Numbered from the stretch's first letter, positions 1-8,419 are shown. The stretch: DNA of 64,000 nucleotides from an uncultured candidate division Zixibacteria bacterium (GCA_963806185.1 CAWDXE010000006.1:9095-73094); one strand, 5' to 3'. Notes: generated from the letters alone by a model not told the origin. Program-made: numbers and translations.

Positions 1-72
1 AGGCGTAGGGGAGATGGCGCCTGCCTCCACGGCCGCTTGTTGAGGTCGCATTTTGCGACCTCAAAAAGGTCC

Positions 73-228
73 GTAGGTCAGCACCGATGTGAGACTTCGA
101 GCGGGTGCTGCCAATTACGTGGTTGTGTGGTCCGCTTCGGCAGCATCCGGCGCTAAGAAGCGCCATCGATGCTGCCCTACATTTCAGCCAAGCAGTAGGG
201 CAGTACCGAAGCGAGGGTTCTGCCCTAC
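73..228. repeat. REP-like extragenic palindrome cluster (3 units: 73-112, 139-180, 195-228)
   Basis: Three imperfect palindromes share the head GTAGG(G/T)CAG and/or the tail CTGCC(CTAC). They are gtaggtcagcacc..ggtgctgcc, ggcagcatcc..gatgctgccctac and gtagggcagtacc..ctgccctac. The same family recurs at 6545-6643 and 7396-8190, next to a RAYT gene. ORF-track ORFs 89-370 lie inside the cluster and are discounted. Confidence 0.75.
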
Positions 229-338
229 AATCTCCGATACTCCCCCCGTCGCGTTTACCGATGCGCCCCCGCTTTTCCTTGCCCCACAAGCACATAACTG
301 CGCGCACCACAGACACTGCACCTCCCCCAAGAATCCGC

Positions 339-366
339 TTGTGAAATTCAGAACTTTCTGTATCAT
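339..366 (+). promoter_or_regulatory. candidate sigma70-type promoter of the tdh operon (TTGTGA-16 nt-TATCAT)
   Basis: -35-like TTGTGA at 339-344, 16-nt spacer, -10-like TATCAT at 361-366, about 55 nt upstream of the tdh ATG (422). GGGAGA Shine-Dalgarno-like motif near 398. Sequence match only. Confidence 0.35.
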
Positions 367-421
367 TTAGTCCACTGTATAGCTGACACTTTCCATCCGG
401 GAGAACGGGGCAAAACAGGGC

Positions 422-1404
422 ATGAAAAGTATTTTAGTCACCGGCGCTCTGGGGCAAATCGGTTCCGAGCTGGTTATCGAACTTCGCAAGCGGTACGGTC
501 AGAAATCCGTCATCGCCACCGACATCCGCATGCCGACCGACGTCACCCTGCGTGATTCGGGACCGTTTGAATTTCTCGATTGCACCGACCCCAATCACAT
601 CACCCGCGTGATGCAAATCTACAAAGTTGACACCATCTACCATCTCGCGGCGCTGCTTGTCGGCGGTGGCCGAATCCAAGCCGACCCTGGCCTGGGCGGT
701 CAACGTCACCGGCATGTACAACATGCTCGAGGCGGCGCGACAGTATAAGTGCCAGTTGTTCGTCCCCAGCTCGATCGGCGCTTTCGGTTCGTCGACGCCC
801 AAAGTCCGCACGCCGCAGGATACGATCCAGCGGCCGGACACGATGTACGGCGTCACGAAAGTCGCCGGCGAATTGATCTGCGACTACTATCACAAGCGGT
901 TTGGTCTCGATACGCGCGGCGTTCGGTTCCCCGGCCTAATTTCCTACCAGACGGAGCCGGGCGGCGGGACGACCGATTACGCCGTCTCCATCTACTACGA
1001 AGCGATCAAGCACAAGAAATTCACCTGCTATCTGCACGAGCAGACGCGCATGGACATGATGTACATGCCCGATGCGCTTGCACGCCATGATCAGCCTGAT
1101 GGAGGCCGAAGCATCGCAGCTGATCCATCGCAATGCCTTCAATGTCACGGCGATGAACTTCACGCCGCGTGAAGTAGCCGCTGAGATTCGAAAGCATATT
1201 CCGGATTTCACGATAGATTATCAGATCGATCCGGTCCGCCAGGGGATCGCTGATTCCTGGCCGGACAGTCTCGATGATTCCTGCGCTCGCGAGGAGTGGG
1301 GCTGGAAACCGGAGTATGATCTGTCGAAGATGACAGTCGACATGCTGACCAAACTCCGCGCCAAGCTAAATGCCGAGGGCGTCACGACAGGGGCGAAATT
1401 GTGA
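422..1404 (+). pseudogene. tdh: SDR-type L-threonine 3-dehydrogenase, interrupted by two frame switches (pseudogene or consensus error)
   Basis: ORF fragments 422-748, 627-1172 and 1072-1404 (three different frames) tile one ~325-aa protein. Motifs: TGALGQIGSEL Rossmann motif, YGVTKVAGE (YxxxK), [27 protein letters not shown]. These closely resemble the mammalian/Flavobacterium-type TDH. The frame changes near 657-659 (HLAALL|SAVAESKP) and near 1080 (MPDAL|HAMISLMEA). Confidence 0.85.
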
Positions 1405-1775
1405 TCGACGGCATTGGAGTCGATACGATCGAAACGGCCAGAGTGAAAAAGCAGCTGGCAGTCGATCACGGCTTCAAAGAGGCGATCTTCACCGCCGGCG
1501 AAATAGCCTATTGCGACAGCAAGCGCAACAGCGCCCCATATTACGCCGCCCGGTTCGCCGCCAAGGAAGCATTCTTGAAAGCGCTGGGCACCGGCCTTCG
1601 CGACGGCATTGCCTTCGCCGATATTGAAATTCTCCGCGACCCGCTTGGTCGCCCCTCCCTGAAATTGCATCGCCGCGCCGCCGAACAACTGCAGGCGGGC
1701 GGCCCCGCACATATACACCTATCATTGTCACACGTCGACGATGCGGCCACGGCCGTAGTCGTCATTGAGCGTTAG
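1401..1775 (+). CDS. acpS: holo-[acyl-carrier-protein] synthase (4'-phosphopantetheinyl transferase, AcpS type)
   Basis: 124 aa. IDGIGVDTIE start, FAAKEAFLKALG and HLSLSH motifs typical of AcpS. The GTG start overlaps the tdh stop (GTGA, 1401-1404), suggesting translational coupling. Confidence 0.85.
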   Translation: MIDGIGVDTIETARVKKQLAVDHGFKEAIFTAGEIAYCDSKRNSAPYYAARFAAKEAFLKALGTGLRDGIAFADIEILRDPLGRPSLKLHRRAAEQLQAGGPAHIHLSLSHVDDAATAVVVIER

Positions 1776-1789
1776 AAGGAATATCGGGC

Positions 1790-3501
1790 ATGGCAAATTT
1801 CCAAGGGTACGAAAAACATACGAACGGGTTTCACCTGGTCAATCGCCGAAAAGGAACTGGGGTATACGCCCGGGGACGACATCAATATCGGCTGGTACTG
1901 CTCCGACCGGATCTGTCAAATGGGCAAGGCCGACAAGCTCGGTCTGATCTGGCAGGGCATGACCGGCACGAAAAGAAATACACCTACAACGACATTCGTC
2001 TGGCCAGCAACACGATCGGCGCCTTTCTGCGCGGACTGGGGATCGATGCCGGGCGACCGGGTCTGCCTGTTCATGGACAAGATTCCTGAGTTGTACCTGG
2101 GCTTTGTCGGGGTGCTCAAAATCGGCGCCGTCGCGCAGCCGCTGTTTTCCGCCTTTGGCGAGGAATCACTGTTTGTCCGCCTGAGCAACGCCGAGACATG
2201 CGCCATCATCACCCAGCGCAAGCATGTCGGCAAGGTTCGCAAGATCATTCACGAACTGCCGCACCTGAAACATATCATCGTCGTCGATTACGACGGCAAA
2301 AAGCCGCTGCAGGATCGGGAAGTCGCCTTCTCGCTGGAAGATGCGCCCAAAGTTGAGCATATCGACATTCATCCCACCAAGGCGGAGTCGCCGTCGGTCC
2401 TGCATTACACTTCCGGCACGACCGGTCTTCCCAAAGGAGTGCAGCACGTTCATTACTCGCTGATGTCGCAGTACCTGACGACCAAGTGGGTGCTGGACAT
2501 CAACGACGACGACATCTACTGGTGCACGGCCGATCCGGGCTGGGTAACAGGTACTTCGTACGGCATCATCGGCGCCGTTTGCGACCGGCGTCACCCAGTG
2601 TGTGACCGACATCGGTTTTTCGGCCGAAGCCTGGTACCGCTTTATCGAGAAATACAAGATTACCATCTGGTACTCCGCGCCGACCGCCATTCGCTCGCTG
2701 ATGAAGGCGGGTGATGAGGTCGTCAAGAAGTTCGACCTCTCCTCTCTGCGCCATCTGGCCAGTGTGGGCGAGCCGCTCAATGCCGAAGCGGTCATCTGGT
2801 CACAGCGCGTGTTCGGTCTTCCGTTCCACGATACGTACTGGCAGACCGAGACTGGGTCGATCATGATCACGAATTTCCCCGGCATGAAGATCAAGCCGGG
2901 ATCGATGGGAAGAGCGTTTCCGGGCATTACGGCGACTGTGCTCGACGCCAAGACACTATGAACCAATTCAGGAACGGGGGCGTGTCGGCCTGATTGCGTT
3001 CAAGCCGGATTGGCCGTCCCGGATGCGCGGCTACTGGAACAACGAAGCGACGTTCCAGGGCAAGTTCAAGAACGGGTGGTATCTCTCCGGCGATCGCTCA
3101 AGCATCGACAACGAAGGGTACTTCTGGTTCACCGGGCGCGATGATGATATCATCAATACCGGCCGGCCATCTGGTCAGTCCGTTCGAAGTGGAGTCGGCG
3201 CTGCTCGAGCATCCGGCCGTGGCCGAATCGGCGGTTGTCGCCAAACCGGACGAGATCAACATGGAAGTCGTCAAGGCCTTCGTGCTTACTCAAACCGGGG
3301 AATACCGCCAGCGCCGAGCTCGAACTGGATATCATGAATTTCATCCGCAAGAGACTCTCTCCGCTGGCTATGCCGCAGGAGATCGAATATGTACCGTCTC
3401 TCCCCAAGACCCGCTCCGGCAAGATCATGCGACGACTGCTGCGGGCCAAGGAGTGGGGCGAGGAGATCGGCGATACCTCAACACTGGAAAACGACGATTA
3501 A
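1790..3501 (+). pseudogene. acsA: Bacillus AcsA-type acetate--CoA ligase / AMP-forming acyl ligase, at least 8 frame switches
   Basis: Fragments starting at 1790, 1765, 1920, 2602, 3023, 2994 and 3235 tile a ~570-aa protein. Motifs: [60 protein letters not shown]. Order and spacing match Bacillus AcsA. Frame switches are near 1816 (A5 run), 1829, 1970, 2052 (GGG run), 2575, 2955, 3162 and 3286. Confidence 0.85.
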
Positions 3502-3523
3502 GCGATAGCTCAGGAGGCATTGT

Positions 3524-4147
3524 GTGGAAAGTAATGTCAAAGACATCGTACTCACCTACGTCAAGAATGAATATCTCGAGGACGAGGATCAGGAACTCAC
3601 CTACGACACGCCGTTGATTTCGGGCGGGATTGTCGATTCGTTCTCGATGGTGTCGCTCAAGCGGTTTCTGGAGAACAAGTACAAGATTTCGATTCCGGAT
3701 GACAAAGCGACGCCTGAAGCGTTCGATTCGGTGAACAAGATCGTCACACTTGTGCAAAGAGTTTGTGAAATAGCTCCCGAGCACGGCCGCGTGCAGGAGC
3801 TTGTCGCTACTGCAGATGGCCGCAAGTCCGGGATTGAAGGGTACTCATATGGCATTTACAGACGCTGTCCGTCAAACATATCAGAAGCAGCTCAACGATA
3901 TTCGTCAGGCGGGACTGTTCAAGCAGGAGCGCTTCATTCATTCGTCGCAGGCGGCCGATATCGAAGTCGAGTTTCCCAGCGGCGCCGCCTCCAAAAAAGT
4001 CATCAACATGTGCGCCAACAATTATCTCGGGTTGTCCAGCCATCCGGATGTCATCAAAGCGGCACACGAAGGGCTCGATGTCCGCGGGTACGGCATGTCG
4101 TCGGTCCGCTTCATCTGCGGCACGCAGGACATTCACCGCGAACTTGA
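3524..4147 (+). CDS. acyl/peptidyl carrier protein-like ORF (carrier domain about 3524-3765; run-on 3' end doubtful)
   Basis: GTG start 6 nt after AGGAGG (3512-3517). The first ~80 aa look like a carrier protein, with a DS phosphopantetheine-site motif in [20 protein letters not shown]. The frame then stays open to 4147 and overlaps kbl by ~300 nt. The other two frames have stops at ~3765-3775, so the real end is probably there (lost stop or indel). Confidence 0.6.
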   Translation: MESNVKDIVLTYVKNEYLEDEDQELTYDTPLISGGIVDSFSMVSLKRFLENKYKISIPDDKATPEAFDSVNKIVTLVQRVCEIAPEHGRVQELVATADGRKSGIEGYSYGIYRRCPSNISEAAQRYSSGGTVQAGALHSFVAGGRYRSRVSQRRRLQKSHQHVRQQLSRVVQPSGCHQSGTRRARCPRVRHVVGPLHLRHAGHSPRT

Positions 4148-5096
4148 AGAAAAGATTACAAAGTTTCTCGGCACCGAAGCCACCATTCTGTTTCCGTCAT
4201 GCATGGACGCCAACGCCGGCGTCTTCGAAGCGGTGCTCACCAAGGACGACGTCATGATTGCCGACCGCCTCGTGCACGCCTCGCTTATCGACGGTATCCG
4301 CCTTTGCAGCGCGCAGCAGGACACCTACAAGCACGCCGATATGGAGCATCTCGAGCAGAAACTCGAGCTGCACCAGGACAAGCGGATGCGCATGGTCATC
4401 ACGGACGGCGTCTTCTCGATGGACGGCGACACGGCGCCGCTCGACCAGATGGTGGCACTGGGTGAAAAGTACAACGCGATGATTCTCGTCGACGATTCAC
4501 ACTCCAGCGGCTTCATCGGCAAGACCGGTCGCGGCACGCACGAGAAGTACGGCGTGGTGGGCAAGATCGACGTCATCACGACGACCTTTGGCAAGGCGCT
4601 CGGCGGAGCGTCGGGCGGCTGCGTGTCGGGCCGTCGCGAGCTGGTCGAGATGTGCCGTCAGCGGGCCAGACCGTATCTGTTCTCCAACACGATCGCGCCG
4701 GTGGTGGTGTCGGGTGTGCTCAAGGTGCTCGATCTGCTGTCGCAGAATACCGAACGTCGCGACAAACTCGAAGCCAACACCGCCTACTGGCGCAAGGGAC
4801 TGGAGTCGGCCGGCTTCGTGCTCAAAGAAGGGGACACCCCGATCGTGCCGGTGATGTTGTTTAACGCCAAGCTGGCGCAGGATGTCTCCAAGGATCTGTA
4901 CGACGAAGGCATTTACGCCGTCGGGTTCTTCTTCCCGGTCGTCCCGCAGGGACAGGCGCGCATTCGTACGCAGATTTCGGCCGGCCACGAGCGGCATCAT
5001 CTGGATAAGGCGCTGGACGCCTTCACCAAGGTGGGGAAGAAATACAATATCCTCGGCAAGACCAAACAGGAAATCATTCAGATGTACGGTCAGTAA
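3849..5096 (+). CDS. kbl: 2-amino-3-ketobutyrate CoA ligase (glycine C-acetyltransferase)
   Basis: Near-colinear similarity to E. coli Kbl: [63 protein letters not shown] (PLP lysine), YPVVPQGQARIRTQ-like FFFPVVPQGQARIRTQ. I prefer the ATG at 3849 (MAFTDAV) to the ORF-track start at 3801. Confidence 0.9.
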   Translation: MAFTDAVRQTYQKQLNDIRQAGLFKQERFIHSSQAADIEVEFPSGAASKKVINMCANNYLGLSSHPDVIKAAHEGLDVRGYGMSSVRFICGTQDIHRELEEKITKFLGTEATILFPSCMDANAGVFEAVLTKDDVMIADRLVHASLIDGIRLCSAQQDTYKHADMEHLEQKLELHQDKRMRMVITDGVFSMDGDTAPLDQMVALGEKYNAMILVDDSHSSGFIGKTGRGTHEKYGVVGKIDVITTTFGKALGGASGGCVSGRRELVEMCRQRARPYLFSNTIAPVVVSGVLKVLDLLSQNTERRDKLEANTAYWRKGLESAGFVLKEGDTPIVPVMLFNAKLAQDVSKDLYDEGIYAVGFFFPVVPQGQARIRTQISAGHERHHLDKALDAFTKVGKKYNILGKTKQEIIQMYGQ

Positions 5097-5120
5097 GACA
5101 GGGAGTGACCGAATCGCTGC

Positions 5121-5149
5121 AGGGCGCGCCACACGGCGCGCCCTTTTTT
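5121..5149 (+). terminator. rho-independent terminator after kbl
   Basis: Perfect GC-rich hairpin agggcgcgcc-acac-ggcgcgccct followed by TTTTTT, 25 nt after the kbl stop. Confidence 0.7.
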
Positions 5150-5299
5150 GTGTCCGCCAGCCGGTCCAAAATTGCCTTGCCGGAGTGGGGCGGTCGCGTA
5201 TATTACACCACCTTTGGCCGGGTCAATAGTGGACCTCAACTCTCCACTCCGCATCCCGGCCACGACAAGAGAACACTGGACAAGAGGTCGCGAGCCGTT

Positions 5300-6529
5300 A
5301 TGTCACTGCACAAGTTCGTATCCCAGTTGAGAAATGAAATCGCCGATCTGGAAGAGGCCGGCAACAGCAAAGCGGCCGAAGTGGTGGTGCGCGCCATAGT
5401 CGCGCCCAAAGATGGCGCCGGGCCGCGCGTGTTGCTCGAGGGTCAGGGGGACCGTCAGTTTCTGCGCATGAATTCCAATTCCTACCTCGGCATGTCGGTT
5501 CGGCCGGAGGTTATTCATGCGGAGGAAGAAGCAGTGCGACGGTACGGAGTTGGACCGGGCGCTGTCCGGTTTATCAGCGGCACCTACGAGCCGCACGCCA
5601 GGCTGGAAAAACGACTGGCGGAGTTCCATGACCGCGAAGCCTGCATGATTACCTCGTCGGCCTACACGTCAGTGCTCGGTGTGTTCGTCACGCTCTCGAC
5701 TCCCGAGACCATCATCATTTCCGATGAACTCAATCACAACTGCATCATCAACGCCATGAAACTGGCACGATCCAAGGATCGCAAAGTCTACAAGCACCTC
5801 GATATCGGCGATCTTGAGAAGAAGATTGTTGAATCAAAGGGGCAGTGTGACGGTATTCTCGTTGTCACCGACGGCGTCTTCAGCATGCGCGGCGCGTATG
5901 CACGGGTGGATCTCATCCGCAACATGATTGACAAGTATCAGGACGACTTCCCGCGCGGAATCGTGCTGATACTCGATGATAGCCACGGCGTCGGGGCACT
6001 GGGCAAAACCGGACGCGGTACCGAAGAGATGACCTGCTTCGGTTGCACCGATATCCTGATCAGCACGCTCGGCAAGGCGCTGGGGGTAAACGGCGGGTAT
6101 ATCGTGTCGAGCAAGCTGTTGATCCGGTATCTCCGCGAGAAGAATCCGCTCTACATCTATACTAATCCGATCACGCCGCCCGAGGCGGCAGCGGCGCTGG
6201 CGGCGCTGGAGATTCTTGACAGCCCCGAAGGTCTGCGCTTGATGGCTCATTTGCACGAGATGACGGAGAAGTTCGAAAAGGGACTGATTGCGCTGGGGTA
6301 CGAGACGATCGAGTCGATGCATCCGGTGGTGCCGCTGATGGTCCGCGACACAGCACGCACGACCGAGCTGGTGCAATTCCTGGCCGAGCACGACATTCTG
6401 GCGACGGGGTTGAATTTCCCGATTGTGCCGAAGGGGGATCAGTTGATTCGCTTCCAGGTGAACGCGAGCCACACGGCGGCGGATATTGAGTATGTGCTTG
6501 AGGTGTTGAAGAAGTTTAAGGCGCAGTAG
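5300..6529 (+). CDS. second alpha-oxoamine synthase family PLP enzyme (Kbl/BioF/SPT-like paralogue)
   Basis: ~409 aa from ATG 5300 (MSLHKFV). Motifs: NSNSYLGMS, FISGTYEPHARLE, ISDELNHNCII, DGVFSMRG, LDDSHGVG, STLGKALGVNGG (PLP lysine). The region upstream of 5300 in the ORF-track ORF covers the kbl terminator and is not coding-like. Confidence 0.8.
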   Translation: MSLHKFVSQLRNEIADLEEAGNSKAAEVVVRAIVAPKDGAGPRVLLEGQGDRQFLRMNSNSYLGMSVRPEVIHAEEEAVRRYGVGPGAVRFISGTYEPHARLEKRLAEFHDREACMITSSAYTSVLGVFVTLSTPETIIISDELNHNCIINAMKLARSKDRKVYKHLDIGDLEKKIVESKGQCDGILVVTDGVFSMRGAYARVDLIRNMIDKYQDDFPRGIVLILDDSHGVGALGKTGRGTEEMTCFGCTDILISTLGKALGVNGGYIVSSKLLIRYLREKNPLYIYTNPITPPEAAAALAALEILDSPEGLRLMAHLHEMTEKFEKGLIALGYETIESMHPVVPLMVRDTARTTELVQFLAEHDILATGLNFPIVPKGDQLIRFQVNASHTAADIEYVLEVLKKFKAQ

Positions 6530-6544
6530 AGCAGGTGCGGCAGG

Positions 6545-6643
6545 GTAGGGCAGGTCCGGACGCTTCTCAGCGTGGACCTGCCCTTTTTTCTGCTCTAGAA
6601 GCAGGCAGCACCCGCTCGAAGACTCGCTCCGGTGCTGCCCTAC
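6545..6643. repeat. two REP-like units in inverted orientation (6545-6583 and 6604-6643)
   Basis: gtagggcaggtccggacgcttctcagcgtggacctgccc is followed by TTTTTT, so it looks terminator-like for the upstream gene. Next comes ggcagcacccgctcgaagactcgctccggtgctgccctac. This is almost the exact reverse complement of the unit at 8084-8123. Confidence 0.75.
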
Positions 6644-6646
6644 GCG

Positions 6647-7153
6647 TTACAGACGATAGACCATATAGCTGAAACTACCTATCGCAAATATTGTAATTCC
6701 CGCAACTACCCCAAGACTCGTCCACATCCATCTCCGCCTCCGCGCGGGTTTCATTTCATCGAGTTCCTTGAAGTAATTCAGGTACTTGTCCTGTTTGAAC
6801 AAAACAAGATGGTTCACTACCAACGGAATGAGGAATACGACTACGGCGGGAATTAGTCGGACTGTAAAGTCAATCTTGAATATTCCAATATAGAAAAAGA
6901 TGATGCCGCTACATATCATTCCGATCAGCACATGCATTACTATACCAGCAAACATGTTGCTCAGACCAGCTTCCGGATTTTGCCAAGCTTTATCCACTTC
7001 ACTCAAAACATCCACGCCTTTCCGGGCGTAAAATCTCTTTACCGAGGGCATTCGGAATATGAGTCTCAATGGATTGATCTTCTCAGTGACCACATGAAAT
7101 CTGTAGAATCCCCGGTACACGAAGTAATGCACGATATTCCAAAGTCTTACCAT
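6647..7153 (-). CDS. hypothetical membrane protein (about 3 TM helices) in an AT-richer segment
   Basis: Open frame 6647-7198. I prefer the start at MVRLWNIV (7153). Hydrophobic stretches FAGIVMHVLIGMICSGIIFFYIGIF, LIPAVVVFLIPLVV and SLGVVAGITIFAIGSF. I recognise no family. Composition is visibly AT-richer than the flanks. Confidence 0.45.
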   Translation of the reverse strand: MVRLWNIVHYFVYRGFYRFHVVTEKINPLRLIFRMPSVKRFYARKGVDVLSEVDKAWQNPEAGLSNMFAGIVMHVLIGMICSGIIFFYIGIFKIDFTVRLIPAVVVFLIPLVVNHLVLFKQDKYLNYFKELDEMKPARRRRWMWTSLGVVAGITIFAIGSFSYMVYRL

Positions 7154-7395
7154 GGGGTTACCTTTTCCGGCCGATCGTGGTGCAGATGAGTCCCGCATAC
7201 CATTATACTGGCGAATAGACCCTTCTCTGTTTGTGGTTAGGGGGCGTTGAGCGACTGACTGCCATTCGCGCTTCGACCGTCTGCATAGACATAATATCTC
7301 CCAGTATATCTATGAGGGCAAGGGCGAAAATTGGGGATTGCAGTGGCACTTCGCAATCAGAGGGAGAGGTGCGGCGATGCGGGAATTGAAATGAT

Positions 7396-8190
7396 GGCAG
7401 CGCCCGCTCGAAGACTCGCGTCGGCGCTGCCCTACGACTTCTCTTAGATCACTCTCCGTAATCATCGTCCGGTCCGAACTGGACGAAACTTCCCCAATCT
7501 GAAATGTATAAACCTTGCGAGACGTGGTGCCGAAACGACGACCATTCCCAATCGATTGCCTTGCTCGCGAACCCGTGTTTAACCGGATTGTAATGGATGT
7601 AATCGAGATGGTGATGAAGATCGTCATCATCGCGAATGATGTGATCCCAGAACCTCGGCTGCCAAAGGCGGTTTGTCTCCAGCCGCTCCGTCGCTGATTT
7701 TCTCCATGTGTACGTCAATTTGAGCCGTCGAATTATCTCGGCGAGACTGGCGTGCTGCGGGTCGATAATCGCATGGAAGTGATTCGGCATAAGGACATAC
7801 GCCTGCATTCGAAATTCGATAACCGTTCGCATGTGTTTCCAAGCATCTAAGAAAGCCGAGGGATGGTCCAATAGAATCGGCCTTCGCCGGGCGGTAACGA
7901 CAGAGATGAAGTAGACTTGGCCGTCAGAGTAGTAACGTTTGAGCTTTGACATTCGAAGATGGCAGCACCATTCGCTAAGAAGCGAATTCGGTGCTGCCCT
8001 ACCTCCGAACGCAAAATCCGACATATGACTGACAGCGACGGTCAGTCAAAACGCAGACTTTCAAGATTCTTGATCATTGTGACGTAGGGCAGCACCGGAG
8101 CGAGTCTTCGAGCTGGTGCTGCCGATTCGACTTCTCGCTAACGGAGAAGGCAGGTCCCCGCGCAGAGAAGCGCGTCCGGACCCGCCCTAC
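7396..8190 (-). mobile_element. REPtron: RAYT gene plus flanking REP units (7396-7435, 7961-8002, 8084-8123, 8149-8190)
   Basis: REP units with the GTAG-containing head (GTAGGGCAG) sit 14 nt after the RAYT stop and 9 nt before its ATG. An inverted pair lies further upstream. All belong to the palindrome family seen at 73-228 and 6545-6643. Confidence 0.8.
7449..7952 (-). CDS. REP-associated tyrosine transposase (RAYT; IS200/IS605 TnpA-like Y1/HUH enzyme)
   Basis: 167 aa from ATG 7952 (MSKLKRYYSDGQVYFISVVT). HUH motif in MPNHFHAII. Catalytic Tyr region HLDYIHYNPVKHGF. WQPRFWDH motif typical of this family. The ORF-track N-terminal extension to 8024 runs through a REP unit and is rejected. Confidence 0.85.
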   Translation of the reverse strand: MSKLKRYYSDGQVYFISVVTARRRPILLDHPSAFLDAWKHMRTVIEFRMQAYVLMPNHFHAIIDPQHASLAEIIRRLKLTYTWRKSATERLETNRLWQPRFWDHIIRDDDDLHHHLDYIHYNPVKHGFASKAIDWEWSSFRHHVSQGLYISDWGSFVQFGPDDDYGE

Positions 8191-8212
8191 AATTTGGATA
8201 TCCTTCGATTTA

Positions 8213-8419
8213 CTAAATTTCCTCTGGTCGTAGCCCCATCCCCTTCAGCGCCTCGAGCAATTGCTGCTTGTTGGCCATGGAGATCTGGCGCCCCTGGAGC
8301 GGGAAAGCGGGAATGGTCCGGCAGTACTGCCGCAGCTTCACCACCGGCATCGCCTCAAGGTCGGCTGTCGAAAGTTGAGCAGGTGTCGGCTTCGGCGGAG
8401 TCGACTCAACGGTCGGCAT
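8213..8419 (-). CDS. small ORF or C-terminal tail of the BMC-H gene: Pro/Lys-rich linker plus Rho_N/SAP-like helix-loop-helix
   Basis: The frame is open 8213-8647, overlapping the BMC gene in another frame. The first plausible independent start is the ATG at 8419 (MPTVESTPPKPTPAQ). The tail LSTADLEAMPVVKLRQYCR...ISMANKQQLLEALKG resembles Rho N-terminal/SAP motifs. Whether this is a separate gene or is fused to the BMC domain by a frameshift is unresolved. Confidence 0.35.
   Translation of the reverse strand: MPTVESTPPKPTPAQLSTADLEAMPVVKLRQYCRTIPAFPLQGRQISMANKQQLLEALKGMGLRPEEI

Noticed and set aside
40-64. Perfect 11-bp hairpin ttgaggtcgca-ttt-tgcgacctcaa at the window edge
   Set aside because: It could be a terminator or another palindromic element. 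However, no U-tract follows on either strand, it is not related to the REP family, and the upstream context is outside the window. There is not enough evidence to call it.
89-370. ORF-track ORFs 89-370, 105-344 and 184-366
   Set aside because: They lie entirely within the REP palindrome cluster and promoter region. The translations are low-complexity Pro/Arg/Ala strings typical of random high-GC frames. No RBS or family resemblance.
422-3501. Programmed ribosomal frameshifting as the explanation for the split tdh/acsA frames
   Set aside because: There are too many sites (at least 10) and both directions occur. I found no slippery heptamers or downstream structures, and the affected gene families are not known to use recoding.
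5441-5900. DGVFSMRG instead of DGVFSMDG in the second AONS as a sign of lost activity
   Set aside because: That position is variable in the family (serine palmitoyltransferases also lack the Asp). The PLP lysine, DDSHG and His motifs are intact.
73-8190. Possibility that the repeated palindromes form a CRISPR array
   Set aside because: The units are internally palindromic, occur in both orientations and are irregularly spaced (from 14 nt to several kb). They flank a RAYT gene, and no cas genes are present. This is REP behaviour, not CRISPR.
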